In this document: positions 25,527-35,727 of the stretch, piece after piece
Layout of the letters: each line of letters begins with the position of its first letter
Numbering within the stretch: position 1 is the first letter of the stretch
Virus record (IMG/VR): IMGVR_UViG_3300037140_000126
Location: 60,955 to 124,954 of that record
DNA: 64,000 bases
Source of the DNA: a virus
Reading direction: 5' to 3' (one strand)
Notes under the pieces: generated by a model
What the model saw: only the letters and a program-made list of their open reading frames with translations
The model's database searches: none
What the model was told of the DNA's origin: nothing
Position numbers and translations under genes: made by a program

Positions 25527-27374
25527 TTAATTTGCTTCGCCGGGAGCTTCGTTTTCGCCCTCTTGCCTGTCATAAGAAGAATACTCTGAAAGCATCTCTG
25601 GATCGAGGTTCCCGAGATTCGCGTGTCTCGCAAAAAATGCGACTGCGCGGCACATTACTGTGTCATCTTTTGAATTGTCGTCATCCCCGCCACCCTGAGG
25701 TTTTCCATCCTTAAGACGCCTCGTAAACCTCATGGCTTCTTCGATAAAGGTAAAGTCATAAAAACGCTCGGGGTACTCTTCGACAAATGCACGCAATAGA
25801 CCGAGCGAAACAGGCCGGGTTTTAGTCGTCATCGGAAGACCCGGAACCTCCTGGTCTTTCTTTTGATTCATACCAACAGAACGGGCACGGAACTTGTCTT
25901 TGTGCTTGTAAATATTCCAGTAGCGCTGTTCTTCCAAACGATAGAGCACAACGCCGCCATCACCACCCGTGCCTCGCTCTACGGCAATCATCGCCATGTT
26001 GTACTGCACACCCATTTCTATCAAGTCGTCTGCAAAATCCTCGGGTGGCATACGCCCACGAATCGCTGCGACTTCTTCACCTGTTTCTTCGTCGAGCACA
26101 ACAGCGGCAGAATAATCAGGATCATCAGTTGCAACTTGCCTGCCCGTAGCAGTATCCGCACCGATTACATATTTCTTCCCCTTGACACGGCGTTTGAATA
26201 TTTTTATCTGCCCGTCGCGCTTCGTCACGATAGGTTCGTAACCTTGCAGCTCAACATACCGATAACGCAGAATATCACGGTCAAAGTACGATCTACCAGA
26301 TACAAGAAACGCTGAAATATCATCCTCAGGGTATTTCTCGTCGAAGTTGTAACGCAGTGAAATCTTCTTGATGCGCCGAAAGCCGACTTGCCCCAGAGTA
26401 AGATGCACCCGGTCCTTAAGAGTTTTTTCTTCTGCCGTCAGTGGGTCCTGCTCGAAATCTACATCCAAATCACTCATGCGGTAGAGTTTGTTGCGAACAT
26501 GCTCGGCGCTGTACTCTTTGTGCCACCACCAAGGATGGAAAAAATACATGAACTCGGAAGTTTTATTCTGTGGATCGCGGGCCCGTATGCATTCTTCATA
26601 AAAAGTGCCGCCTGCACCGTTCGCAGTCGATTCAATATCAAGCGTTCCATCGTCGGGAATCGCTTCCTTGGCGTTTGCCAGAGTTTCCTCGGGATTGCCA
26701 GGCCAGCGGGCATACTCGGTGCAGACCAAATGATTCAATGTGAGCCCTTGTCCAACCTCATCCTGCTCTGCTGAATCCACCAAGATTTTCGAGTCAAGCT
26801 GATCGAAGACCAACTCTCGGCGGTTGCTCGCTACTGTGTGCAGCAAGTTCGCATGATACTCACGGGTCACTACGCTTGCATCCCAGTCATAAGGATTCGG
26901 CGTCCCGAAATAGCGATGCGTGCGCTTCAGGATTGCAAAGTGCTGTGCTGCGTAAAAATGATTCTGTGAGATAAGCAGGCAACCTGAACCAGGTTCTGTA
27001 ATCGCGGGAAGATAAAGCCTGCGAATAATCTTGTCTGTTGTGTACCCACCTTGTCTGTACTTGAGGCAGATATTACGCTTCTTCTCCCGGTTCACCATGT
27101 CACGCTGCACATCGTTCAGCATAAACGGAACGAGACGGCGGTTCCAGAAGCCTTCGGGGAGCGGAACTTGGTCTTTACCAGGTTCTTTCTTAATGAGAAT
27201 CCAGAAAAAATACTTGCAGAACTCCTCTTGGCCGAGGACGCGCAGCATCATCTGTAGGGATTCAAGCTGGTCTTTAACGATTGCTGGATCGGGGCCTGTG
27301 CGGGTTTTTAGCGTGTTGACCCAACTAAAACCAAATCCCGGAATAGTTGTCGAAATGGGCGGCTGCGTGGCCAC
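25527..27374 (-). CDS. terL: Terminase large subunit
   Basis: LKYRQGGYTT Walker A, LVCTEYA Walker B, IESTANG, IGADTATG and DDTVM nuclease motifs. Confidence 0.92.
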   Translation of the reverse strand: MATQPPISTTIPGFGFSWVNTLKTRTGPDPAIVKDQLESLQMMLRVLGQEEFCKYFFWILIKKEPGKDQVPLPEGFWNRRLVPFMLNDVQRDMVNREKKRNICLKYRQGGYTTDKIIRRLYLPAITEPGSGCLLISQNHFYAAQHFAILKRTHRYFGTPNPYDWDASVVTREYHANLLHTVASNRRELVFDQLDSKILVDSAEQDEVGQGLTLNHLVCTEYARWPGNPEETLANAKEAIPDDGTLDIESTANGAGGTFYEECIRARDPQNKTSEFMYFFHPWWWHKEYSAEHVRNKLYRMSDLDVDFEQDPLTAEEKTLKDRVHLTLGQVGFRRIKKISLRYNFDEKYPEDDISAFLVSGRSYFDRDILRYRYVELQGYEPIVTKRDGQIKIFKRRVKGKKYVIGADTATGRQVATDDPDYSAAVVLDEETGEEVAAIRGRMPPEDFADDLIEMGVQYNMAMIAVERGTGGDGGVVLYRLEEQRYWNIYKHKDKFRARSVGMNQKKDQEVPGLPMTTKTRPVSLGLLRAFVEEYPERFYDFTFIEEAMRFTRRLKDGKPQGGGDDDNSKDDTVMCRAVAFFARHANLGNLDPEMLSEYSSYDRQEGENEAPGEAN

Positions 27375-27377
27375 AGG

Positions 27378-27986
27378 TTAGCGGCCTGAGGTCGTACGGC
27401 TGTAGATTACTTTTGGCACGAGGTCAAACTTTTCTTGTATCATTTCGGCAATAAGTCCATATCTGCTATCGCCCAGTCCGGCTTCCAGTTGAGACACTAG
27501 TTGCATCAGCTGTTCTTTCAACCAACCTTTTTCCCGATAGTGCAGCACGGCAACCGCATCATCTTCTTTGATAAGCCGGTACTCACGCTCGTCGAGAAAA
27601 CTATCAGGCAGCCCGACATGATGTGGCATAACGATATGATCGCCAACTTTGATGTCACACTCGTTGAAGACCGAAATGTCGAAGCGCTTGCCGTCTTCGG
27701 AAACCTTGTCTACTTTTTCCCAATACGGCTTATACACGGCAAGCACGACCGCTTCGATGTTCGGCTTGTTCTGCTTCTCTGGCATCAGAACACCGCCTGC
27801 TGTAACAGTCGAGCGTGGCAGCGTTCTGACAAGAATGAACGGTTTCAAGGGCTGCAGCCAGCGCTCGGTGTCCGCATACATGCGCTCCACTAGATCGGTC
27901 ATTTCTCTTTTTGACTTCGCCTCAACGGCGCGTGCATCCCCACTTACCACAATACCACTACCAAGGCGTGAGCCTATGCTTGCCAT
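27378..27986 (-). CDS. groES: GroES-like co-chaperonin with extensions
   Basis: LQPLKPFILV...GGVLMPE...AVVLAV...IKVGDHIV...YRLIKEDDAVAVL. Confidence 0.8.
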   Translation of the reverse strand: MASIGSRLGSGIVVSGDARAVEAKSKREMTDLVERMYADTERWLQPLKPFILVRTLPRSTVTAGGVLMPEKQNKPNIEAVVLAVYKPYWEKVDKVSEDGKRFDISVFNECDIKVGDHIVMPHHVGLPDSFLDEREYRLIKEDDAVAVLHYREKGWLKEQLMQLVSQLEAGLGDSRYGLIAEMIQEKFDLVPKVIYSRTTSGR

Positions 27987-27997
27987 CTTGTCTCCCC

Positions 27998-28207
27998 TTA
28001 TGCTTCATCGCCACCTATAGGTTCTCTTCTCCACAAACCTTCTTCTGGCGTTCCAAAACAAACACATCGCCAACTGTGCGCGTTGCTATCCCAAAAGGTC
28101 TTATCAGGAGTTTGGTATGTGGCAGTTTCATTACATTTTGGGCACACAACCCGCTTTCTACAATCAGGACAGTTTGGATAGGTTATGGTTGCCATCACTT
28201 TGTCCAA
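27998..28207 (-). CDS. Zn-ribbon protein
   Basis: CPDC, CPKC. Confidence 0.5.
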   Translation of the reverse strand: MDKVMATITYPNCPDCRKRVVCPKCNETATYQTPDKTFWDSNAHSWRCVCFGTPEEGLWRREPIGGDEA

Positions 28208-28395
28208 TCTGACCTGAAAACGAAACTCTCACCGACTAGCTTCGTTCCTTGTGGTCTTTGCTCACGTTTGCCATGCCCATTTTTCTCAATCCATTCAATG
28301 ATGCCAAACAAAAGATTTTCAAGCGGTGCTGTGTTCCCGTCATCCAAACACGGCCCTACCTTTTCAAGAAGAATACGCATCTCTTCCGTTGTCAT
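28195..28395 (-). CDS. Hypothetical protein (start MTTEE, ATGA overlap)
   Basis: Start overlaps HNH stop. Confidence 0.45.
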   Translation of the reverse strand: MTTEEMRILLEKVGPCLDDGNTAPLENLLFGIIEWIEKNGHGKREQRPQGTKLVGESFVFRSDWTK

Positions 28396-28931
28396 TGTTT
28401 GGGCCTTCTGTTGTACGCCTGCTCGCTCATCGTTGCCCACTTACAGTTGCCTGGCTCATAATTACCGTTATTATCCACCCGTTCTATAGTCCACCGAGAT
28501 ATGCCACTCTTGTATTTTCCCTTGGGCCTAGGTCCCATATCGGCAAGGAAGTTACTAAAGTCTTGCCAACGAATGCAAACTTTAATTCCACGTCCCCCGT
28601 AATATTTATAAATTGCACAATTTGGATCACCGCATCTCTGCCTCATACCATTCCAAATTATGTGCTCTGCTGTTCCGCATAGACCATGTTTAGTTCTCGC
28701 AACATTCAAAGCCACTATACATCTCGCGGCAACTTTCTTTTGATAACATCCACAACTCCTCGTAGAGCCTTTAATCAAGCACCAACCATAGACAGTTTTT
28801 ATATTCCCGCAATTACACTTACACACAAATCTACGGCCTTTACCTTTCTCAGCAACACGTATGATAGTAAGTCTGCCAAAGCAGTCCCCTGCACGCAGAT
28901 TCTTAACGGCGAAACTAAATCTCCCTATCAT
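28392..28931 (-). CDS. HNH-type endonuclease
   Basis: FGRLT..CKCNCGN; [16 protein letters not shown]; [20 protein letters not shown]. Confidence 0.85.
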   Translation of the reverse strand: MIGRFSFAVKNLRAGDCFGRLTIIRVAEKGKGRRFVCKCNCGNIKTVYGWCLIKGSTRSCGCYQKKVAARCIVALNVARTKHGLCGTAEHIIWNGMRQRCGDPNCAIYKYYGGRGIKVCIRWQDFSNFLADMGPRPKGKYKSGISRWTIERVDNNGNYEPGNCKWATMSEQAYNRRPKQ

Positions 28932-29233
28932 TGTGGCTTATTGAACTCCGGAATTTTCATACCTGGGGGTGGCACGAAAATGCCTCCGGTGTTGCGGGTC
29001 CTGACTGGACCCCAAGCTACTTCGACACCTTGAATCTTTTTGACCGACATTTGATAGGGCACACCGCAATGCGGGCAGGACTGCACATCAGGATGCGTCC
29101 AAATCACGAGTGACACACTCATGCTGTTAATCACCTCAGCGTGCGGCAGCATCACGACAAATTCTTTCCCACAGTCGGTATTAAAACATTTAATTTGTTG
29201 TTGCTGCTCACGAGACTCACCATTCGCGCTCAT
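28928..29233 (-). CDS. Zn-ribbon protein
   Basis: CFNTDC, CPHC. Confidence 0.55.
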   Translation of the reverse strand: MSANGESREQQQQIKCFNTDCGKEFVVMLPHAEVINSMSVSLVIWTHPDVQSCPHCGVPYQMSVKKIQGVEVAWGPVRTRNTGGIFVPPPGMKIPEFNKPQ

Positions 29234-29649
29234 TACTCGTCCTCCGGACCAAAGATGGGCTTGCGACGCTTTTCACGCGCTACTTTCATGCTCTCAACTT
29301 GATCGGGCTTCGGCTCCTTCGGTCGGCCGAATCCTAGCGCCCGAAATACAGCCCGTGCAAGTCCGACTTTTTCAACTTCGGGAGCTTCAGGATACAGCAA
29401 CGAGTCTGTGTAGGCCTTCGGCTGATAGATTACCCGCCCGTCTGGCAGTATCGTTGCGCCGGTGATGACATCATCGGTTGGCGTGCCCGCACAGTCGGAG
29501 CATTTCGCGGTCGAGAATCCCTGATACAGACCACGATAAATCGGCTTCCCACATACCTTGCAAACCACGGTGACAGAACCATCGCTGTTTATGCGGCGTG
29601 TTTCACGTCCGCCTTGACTTGAAAACGCTTGCAGATCGTTAATCGGCAT
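29233..29649 (-). CDS. Zn-ribbon protein
   Basis: CKVC, CSDC. Confidence 0.55.
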   Translation of the reverse strand: MPINDLQAFSSQGGRETRRINSDGSVTVVCKVCGKPIYRGLYQGFSTAKCSDCAGTPTDDVITGATILPDGRVIYQPKAYTDSLLYPEAPEVEKVGLARAVFRALGFGRPKEPKPDQVESMKVAREKRRKPIFGPEDE

Positions 29650-29651
29650 AA

Positions 29652-29837
29652 TTAATCACTCGTAAAAATCAGAACAGCGCCCTCGTCATTCTCAAATACA
29701 AGCCTGTGCGGCAAGCAGAACTCAACTTTTTCAATGCTAGTATTCCACGCACCGCTAGGTTGGTCACTGACACCAATTTCAACAGGTACTTCTTGCGGCA
29801 TTGTTCTCAACAGTCCAATAAGCTCGGCCACCGTCAT
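29652..29837 (-). CDS. Small phage protein (MTVAELI type)
   Basis: MTVAELIGLLRTMPQEVPV. Confidence 0.55.
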   Translation of the reverse strand: MTVAELIGLLRTMPQEVPVEIGVSDQPSGAWNTSIEKVEFCLPHRLVFENDEGAVLIFTSD

Positions 29838-30652
29838 AACTCACCAACCTTCATAGGAACAGCCATTGCACGTTCGCGCTGCTCGATACGCTTCCACATC
29901 GCTTCAATTGCACGATACACTAAATCCGGCTGCACGTCACCCGGGTTGCCATAGATCATCTGATAGTTCATTGACGACCATTTCGACATCCAATTACGAT
30001 GACAGTCTGTTGGGTAAATTTCTACGACCGCAAGACCCGCCGCCGCCGCAAGATAAGTCAGTCCTGAACGCACACCGACAAGTAGTTTGCCCCGCAAAGC
30101 AACACGCCAGGAAGAATCGGCCCAGACAACGGATGGTTCAATTTGCACATTTAATTCCGGCCGATTGTTACACAGAAATTCATCCACCCTGTCACTACCA
30201 GAAAACGGCAGTAGCATAATATCGCAATCTGGTTTGATGTTTCCGACTACGCTAGATATATCGGGTACGACTTTCACAGGATCGGAGCCGACCATGATAC
30301 CGAAAATCTGTGTCACATGCTTCTCAGTCGTCAGTGACAGCTTATAGGCAAGCTCGGGATCAAACTTTACCACCTGATCGAATCCGTCCAGTGTCATGCC
30401 TGACGTGTCGTACACGATCTTTTCTACACGCGCATGCCCATCTTTCTCGATTGCGGGAATGAGAAAGTCTAACTCCCCGCCCACCTTAGAATGCACGGTC
30501 ACGATTGGGTCGATGCCACGCTTGTCAAGCCACAAATAATAATCCTGCAACGCACACACAGCCGCGAGAAACATCTCGCATGTATCAGGCATCGAGTAAA
30601 AGTGGTGCTCCGTATGGCGCTCGATAGAGTTATCTTTCAATTCTTTGCCCAT
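29834..30652 (-). CDS. Glycosyltransferase family 9-like protein
   Basis: LLVGVRSGLTYLAAAAGLAVVEIYP C-terminal motif. Confidence 0.6.
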   Translation of the reverse strand: MGKELKDNSIERHTEHHFYSMPDTCEMFLAAVCALQDYYLWLDKRGIDPIVTVHSKVGGELDFLIPAIEKDGHARVEKIVYDTSGMTLDGFDQVVKFDPELAYKLSLTTEKHVTQIFGIMVGSDPVKVVPDISSVVGNIKPDCDIMLLPFSGSDRVDEFLCNNRPELNVQIEPSVVWADSSWRVALRGKLLVGVRSGLTYLAAAAGLAVVEIYPTDCHRNWMSKWSSMNYQMIYGNPGDVQPDLVYRAIEAMWKRIEQRERAMAVPMKVGEL

Positions 30653-30884
30653 TTCCTAGCATAGATTCTGCCGACTTCATTCGTTCATGGAAGCAGATGC
30701 TACAATAAGGTAGGTCCATGAACGAGATTGTCGATTCTCTCTGCATCGGCCCGTGCTTGTCACAAACGAACACTTCGCTGCGCGGCAGGGCTTTCGTCTC
30801 GAACCAGGCCTCTAAATAGACATACCCAACATAAAGCCCTGCACTTATGGGCACACCAAATATTATCCACAATAAAAGTTTCAT
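30630..30884 (-). CDS. Membrane-anchored Zn-binding protein
   Basis: N-terminal TM; CDKH...CSIC. Confidence 0.5.
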   Translation of the reverse strand: MKLLLWIIFGVPISAGLYVGYVYLEAWFETKALPRSEVFVCDKHGPMQRESTISFMDLPYCSICFHERMKSAESMLGNGQRIER

Positions 30885-31093
30885 CGCAGCACGCGGCTAG
30901 CTACGGCCTTCTCTAAAAGTTCATGCTGACATTCATTGCACAAATCAATTCTACCCAGATACTCCCTGTTGATTTTGTAGGTCACGAGCCATCCATCATC
31001 ACGCCCAGAGGAACGTCCAAATAAAATACTCCCAGAGGAACCATTCAGTGCCATCTCTTTACTACAGTTGTCACAGTAGTGTTTATCACTCAT
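30881..31093 (-). CDS. Zn-binding hypothetical protein
   Basis: CDNC...LCNEC; probable start MSDKH. Confidence 0.5.
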   Translation of the reverse strand: MSDKHYCDNCSKEMALNGSSGSILFGRSSGRDDGWLVTYKINREYLGRIDLCNECQHELLEKAVASRVLR

Positions 31094-32106
31094 GCCAACA
31101 CCTCCTGAAATGCTTGCTGCCACAAAGTCATTAACTTGCGCTGCTCGAAATGCTCTTCCGTTACAGAGCGCATGACACCAGCTAGTTCATCACGCAAGTC
31201 TTTGTCCAGCACGAGTGCCTTAATCTTTTCTTTCCAGTGCTGTGACGTTCTACACATGAGCCATTCAAGCCGCTTGTCAAGATCGCAAAATCGTCTGTAG
31301 GGACCAACATCGCTGGCGACACAAGGAATACCTATCGCAGCAGATTCAACCATTTTTATGGAACTTTTCGAGCGGTTGAAGCGTACATCGGCAAGCGGGG
31401 CCATCGCAATGTCCCAGCCCCAACTCGGATAGCGGCTGAAGTATTCCCCTATCGGACAGAATTCACGTGTTCTGACTCGCGGATGCCCAATTAGCTTCTT
31501 AGGCGGTGCGGAACCGATAAGCTCCAAATGCAGCATAGGCAACTCTTCGATCAGGCTTGGCAGGACTTGCCACGCCAAACCAACATCGCCTTCGTGCGTA
31601 TTCGATCCTCCCCAGCCAAGAGTTACACGACCCTCAGGCTTCGGCAGTGGTGCTCTATGCAGATAGTCGAAGTCAATTCCATTCGGAATGACCATAATCG
31701 TCTTCGAACGCGACTTCGGAACCGCTAAATGCACAGCTGTACGAAGTGGCTCAGTAGATACAGTTACGAGATCACACACTTCAATGCACATGCCAAAACC
31801 GCTCTTTACAGGTTCAAAGACAGCCTTCGCTGGTGAACTTCCCGGTATAGACCACAAATCGTCATCGAGGTCATAAATTACTTTCAGGCCCATATCTTTC
31901 ATCTGTTTTAGAGCCTGCATGTTTCCCGCACTGCACTGCCGCTGCACGACGACTATATCCGCATCGCCCAGTTCCGAGACAGGCGTGCGCACGGGATGAA
32001 AGATAAATCTAGAGTTTGGGTAATGCAGTGACGGCATGAAAAGCCGATACAACGCACAACCGTCAAGCCACGCAGGGACGAAGGCTACGGTAGGAGTTTT
32101 CTGCAT
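31090..32106 (-). CDS. Glycosyltransferase, GT-B (GT4-like)
   Basis: YDLDDDLW, IPNGID, GWGGSNTH, DIAMAPL...FNRSKSSIKMVE..AIGIPCVASDV. Confidence 0.85.
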   Translation of the reverse strand: MQKTPTVAFVPAWLDGCALYRLFMPSLHYPNSRFIFHPVRTPVSELGDADIVVVQRQCSAGNMQALKQMKDMGLKVIYDLDDDLWSIPGSSPAKAVFEPVKSGFGMCIEVCDLVTVSTEPLRTAVHLAVPKSRSKTIMVIPNGIDFDYLHRAPLPKPEGRVTLGWGGSNTHEGDVGLAWQVLPSLIEELPMLHLELIGSAPPKKLIGHPRVRTREFCPIGEYFSRYPSWGWDIAMAPLADVRFNRSKSSIKMVESAAIGIPCVASDVGPYRRFCDLDKRLEWLMCRTSQHWKEKIKALVLDKDLRDELAGVMRSVTEEHFEQRKLMTLWQQAFQEVLA

Positions 32107-32570
32107 GCAGCCACACTCCTTTCAAGAAAATCTCGAAACAGATACAACGTCAGCCCCTGCTCATCCCACCCCATCACATAAATTGGCCCACGGTTTTCTT
32201 TCAGCACCAATAAAGGGTGCAAGCCAAGTTCTGGCTTTGCCGCAACGGCATCATCAGCCTGTTTAATCCACTGCCATTCTTTCCATGATTTCTTACGGTA
32301 TTTTACGGGAAAAAGGAAGTTCTGCCAGTCTATCTTCCGATAATACTTACACTCTATTGCCCATGGAAAGAGTTCGGCTAGTCGGTCGGACAGGTATAAA
32401 TCGCCACAGGACATTGCATGCCCGCCAGAAAGTGTAGACCGCCAGCACTCCCTTTGCTTAATTCCATGCTCCCTGAAAGCATGCACGATCATCTTCGCAA
32501 TTTGCCGCTCAAAAGCCGCACCTTTGTTGTGCCCCATTCCCGGTTTCATATAAGCCACACTCCTCAACAA
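32085..32570 (-). CDS. Holliday-junction resolvase-like PD-(D/E)xK nuclease
   Basis: NKGAAFERQIA...GDL...IECK. Confidence 0.75.
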   Translation of the reverse strand: MLRSVAYMKPGMGHNKGAAFERQIAKMIVHAFREHGIKQRECWRSTLSGGHAMSCGDLYLSDRLAELFPWAIECKYYRKIDWQNFLFPVKYRKKSWKEWQWIKQADDAVAAKPELGLHPLLVLKENRGPIYVMGWDEQGLTLYLFRDFLERSVAACRKLLP

Positions 32571-32588
32571 GTATGATACAGAAACACT

Positions 32589-32981
32589 TCAGCGTAACTC
32601 ATTCAAGTTGTCTTCACGGGCAAGAAAGCGCTTGCCATTCTTCGCGTCTACTACTTCATACAGACTACCGCCGTCCTTCGCAGCAGATGCGCGAATGATC
32701 GTCACTTTTCTGCCAGTCGGCTTGTGCCGAACAATACTTCCCCGTGTAAATGCGGATGCACCCTCCTTGCGTCCAGCAGTCTCCACTTTACGGTTGACGT
32801 TGTGCAGATTCTCCAGCGCAGCCTTTGCTTCTTCTTCCTGACGCACACCAGAAACAACATCGGGATGACCAGCAGAAGCCCGTAACAATGCAACCTGTGT
32901 GGGATTCTGCGCTAGATCGGCAAGCGACGTAAAAGAGGACTTCTGATACCTAGTCACGGACGGCTTACTGTTATCTGCCAT
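32589..32981 (-). CDS. Protein with C-terminal SH3-like domain
   Basis: FTRGSIVRHK...YEV...FLAREDNL. Confidence 0.5.
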   Translation of the reverse strand: MADNSKPSVTRYQKSSFTSLADLAQNPTQVALLRASAGHPDVVSGVRQEEEAKAALENLHNVNRKVETAGRKEGASAFTRGSIVRHKPTGRKVTIIRASAAKDGGSLYEVVDAKNGKRFLAREDNLNELR

Positions 32982-32993
32982 TGCTCTTCTCCT

Positions 32994-33950
32994 TTATGCG
33001 TTCAACCAAGTAGGATTGTCCCTGTACCAAAAAGCAGCTTTCTCTATCATCTGCTCTAATTCTAGTTTTGGTGCCCAGCCTAACGCTTTCAGTTTATCAC
33101 AACAAAGTGCATATCTACGGTCATGCCCGGGACGGATGTTATGATCGTCTATAAATTCAATCTGATCCTCGGGTTTATGCAGCACCCGGAGAATCCACTT
33201 CGCCAAGTCTAGATTTTTCAATTCCCTGTTCCCAGCAATATGATACACCGATCCAGGCGCTACATCGGCAGTCAGCAAAAGTATAAGTGCATCCACATGA
33301 TCCACCACCCAAAGCCACTGCCGCACGTGACCACCGTCACCGTACACGGGCAGCAGCTCGCCTGCTAAGGCTTTGCGAACAAACGTGGGAAACACTTTTT
33401 GTGGATGCTGAAACGGCCCGACATTATTTTCAGTGCGTGTCACAACCGTGTGAAGACCAAACGTATGTGCGTAGCTGATCGCAAGACAATCGGCCCCAGC
33501 TTTCGATGCCGCATAGGGGTTCGTCGGATTCAGAGGAGAATTCTCCGCGTACGCCCCCTCCAAAATACTCCCGTACACCTCATCAGTTGACACCTGAATG
33601 AACCGCTTGACTTTATTCCTGCGAGCATCCTCAAGCAACCGCAAAGTCCCGAGCACATTAGATTCAACAAAAGGGGTAGGGTCTACAATCGAATGGTCTA
33701 CATAGGTCCGTGCGGCAAAATGCACAACAGCGTCGCAGCCCTCCGTCAAACCGGAAAAGTCATCCATCAAATCACCGAATACAATACGCAATCGGTTATC
33801 ATCGAGAACAGATTCAAGGCGGCCACAGTTTCTTTGGTCTGTGTTTCTTGCAAACCCCACTATCGACAATTTAGACGATTCCGTTTCCAGAATACGCCTA
33901 ATAAACGCACTACCGATAAATCCCAACGCACCAGAAACGCAGATTTTCAT
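32994..33950 (-). CDS. rmlB: dTDP-glucose 4,6-dehydratase
   Basis: GALGFIG, HFAARTYVDHSI, STDEVYG, YAASK, RPGHDRRY. Confidence 0.92.
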   Translation of the reverse strand: MKICVSGALGFIGSAFIRRILETESSKLSIVGFARNTDQRNCGRLESVLDDNRLRIVFGDLMDDFSGLTEGCDAVVHFAARTYVDHSIVDPTPFVESNVLGTLRLLEDARRNKVKRFIQVSTDEVYGSILEGAYAENSPLNPTNPYAASKAGADCLAISYAHTFGLHTVVTRTENNVGPFQHPQKVFPTFVRKALAGELLPVYGDGGHVRQWLWVVDHVDALILLLTADVAPGSVYHIAGNRELKNLDLAKWILRVLHKPEDQIEFIDDHNIRPGHDRRYALCCDKLKALGWAPKLELEQMIEKAAFWYRDNPTWLNA

Positions 33951-34711
33951 TTCGCAGCCTCCGCACCTTTAGCCGTCATCCTCAACCATCGTGAAACTTT
34001 TTCCAACGATTCAAACGAGGCACCTGCATCACCCCACCAGCCTTGCAATAGCGAAAAGCCTAACACCCCCTCTCGCGCATAGTTATTGTTCAGGTCGGTG
34101 ATTTCAAGTTCCCCACGCGCTGAAGGCGTCAACTCTCGAATACGCGTGAACACAGTCTTATCGTAGAAGTAGACACCGATTACTGCAAGTGGTTCATACC
34201 CTGTATCGCGGGCGGGCTTTTCGGCAATCTCTACAATGCGGGCTCTTGTATGCTCGGGATTGCTCCACACGAACTTAGGACATCCATAATTTTCCGGGTC
34301 GGTAACTGCTTTGAGCAGCACACGTGCACCTTTGCCCTGCTGTTCGAACCGTTTTCGGTATGGTGTGAGTTGATCCTCAAGAACATTGTCACCAAGCACT
34401 ACACATATATCCTGCCCGGCAGCGAACGGTTCGGCAAGGTGCAAGGCGTCGGCTATTCCACCTTCTGTTTCTTGAAACGCATAAAGCAGACGCAACCCTA
34501 GTCTGTGTCCATCACCAAGCAGCTTGAGAATGTCAGATGTGGATTTGCCACCCACAACTACGAGCACATCTTCAATGCCAGCAGCTTGCATCGACCGCAA
34601 CGGCCAAAAAATCATGGGCTGCCCCGCCACTGGGAGTAAGTGTTTATTTACAACCTCGGTGCAGGGATACAACCTCGTACCTAGACCACCAGCTAGAATC
34701 ACACCACGCAT
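33947..34711 (-). CDS. rmlA: Glucose-1-phosphate thymidylyltransferase
   Basis: GVILAGGLGTRLYP..NKHLLPV, LGDN, EKP, SARGELEITD. Confidence 0.92.
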   Translation of the reverse strand: MRGVILAGGLGTRLYPCTEVVNKHLLPVAGQPMIFWPLRSMQAAGIEDVLVVVGGKSTSDILKLLGDGHRLGLRLLYAFQETEGGIADALHLAEPFAAGQDICVVLGDNVLEDQLTPYRKRFEQQGKGARVLLKAVTDPENYGCPKFVWSNPEHTRARIVEIAEKPARDTGYEPLAVIGVYFYDKTVFTRIRELTPSARGELEITDLNNNYAREGVLGFSLLQGWWGDAGASFESLEKVSRWLRMTAKGAEAAK

Positions 34712-34714
34712 CTC

Positions 34715-35461
34715 TCACCTGTCCATATCAAGATCAGACGGACGCAAAGCAGACACAGCACCCAAATTAAAATTCCAACTTCTTCCACCCTTGTGGCCAA
34801 CAGCAGCCTTAAAGCTCGCAATCGTTGCATAGCCCAATTTGTTTAGTTCCCACGAAGCATTCCTATCGGAGCAAATATGTGCCGCTCCGTGTGTCACCTC
34901 ATCCAAATAAAAACCGGGCATTCCTCTTGCGGCTGAAATATCAAAAAGTGCTGAAACACTTACAAGCCAACAATGTCCGGTCACGTATGCGGGATGGAGG
35001 TATTCGGCATAGCGTCTAGGTTCTTCTGCTGATTGAATTGAACCAACCAAACCTATCTTTCGTTGCGGATTCTGCTGTTGGCATTCATCCCAGACAGCAA
35101 ACAGTTCATCAAGCCAACCAGAATCAAGAACACAATCGGAATTCAGCAACACACTACGCTCTGTCCTCAACAGACGCAATCCTAAGTTCGAGGCTCTGGT
35201 AAACCATCGCTGTTTGGAAGTGCGAATCATAAGCGCAGAGGGATGATCCAGACAGAACTGGTAGAGGTAATCGCTTGTTTCACGGTCGGAGCAGTCGTCC
35301 ACAAGTATAAGACGGTAATCGGTTGTATGGGCCGTCAGCGTTGCGAGACACTCCTGCACGTCAGGCAAAGCGTTGTGAACGGGAATCACAATATCTGTTT
35401 GTGGATGCATGTTAAACCTAGCAGAGTGGGGCGGCTGTGCTACTACCACCCCACACCGCAA
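34715..35461 (-). CDS. Glycosyltransferase family 2
   Basis: IVIPVHN, LVDDCSD, LLNSDC. Confidence 0.85.
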   Translation of the reverse strand: MRCGVVVAQPPHSARFNMHPQTDIVIPVHNALPDVQECLATLTAHTTDYRLILVDDCSDRETSDYLYQFCLDHPSALMIRTSKQRWFTRASNLGLRLLRTERSVLLNSDCVLDSGWLDELFAVWDECQQQNPQRKIGLVGSIQSAEEPRRYAEYLHPAYVTGHCWLVSVSALFDISAARGMPGFYLDEVTHGAAHICSDRNASWELNKLGYATIASFKAAVGHKGGRSWNFNLGAVSALRPSDLDMDR

Positions 35462-35470
35462 TAAGGTATT

Positions 35471-35722
35471 TTACCATTTGGGTTTGTTCGGGTCCGTGGC
35501 CGGAACAGGCTGTGGCTTAGGTGCTTTTTCCGGTTCGCCCAGGTCGTCTGTTTCTTCTTTCGGTTCTTCTTGCTCCTCTTGCGGTGGCTGTTTCGGTGGC
35601 GGCTTTGGTTTTTGCTCTTTAGGATTCTTGGGTTTTTTATCTGGCATTTTCATGTCTCCTTTTGTCCATGACTTTAATGCAATGTGGGCCACCGGCGATT
35701 CAATCCGACGGCAGCCCAACAT
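35471..35722 (-). CDS. Pro/Lys/Glu-rich disordered protein
   Basis: KKPKNPKEQKPKPPPKQPP; start uncertain. Confidence 0.5.
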   Translation of the reverse strand: MLGCRRIESPVAHIALKSWTKGDMKMPDKKPKNPKEQKPKPPPKQPPQEEQEEPKEETDDLGEPEKAPKPQPVPATDPNKPKW

Positions 35723-35727
35723 TCCAT

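Noticed and set aside
28392-28931. HNH gene as an intron-encoded ORF
   Set aside because: It overlaps neighbouring genes at both ends and no group I core elements flank it
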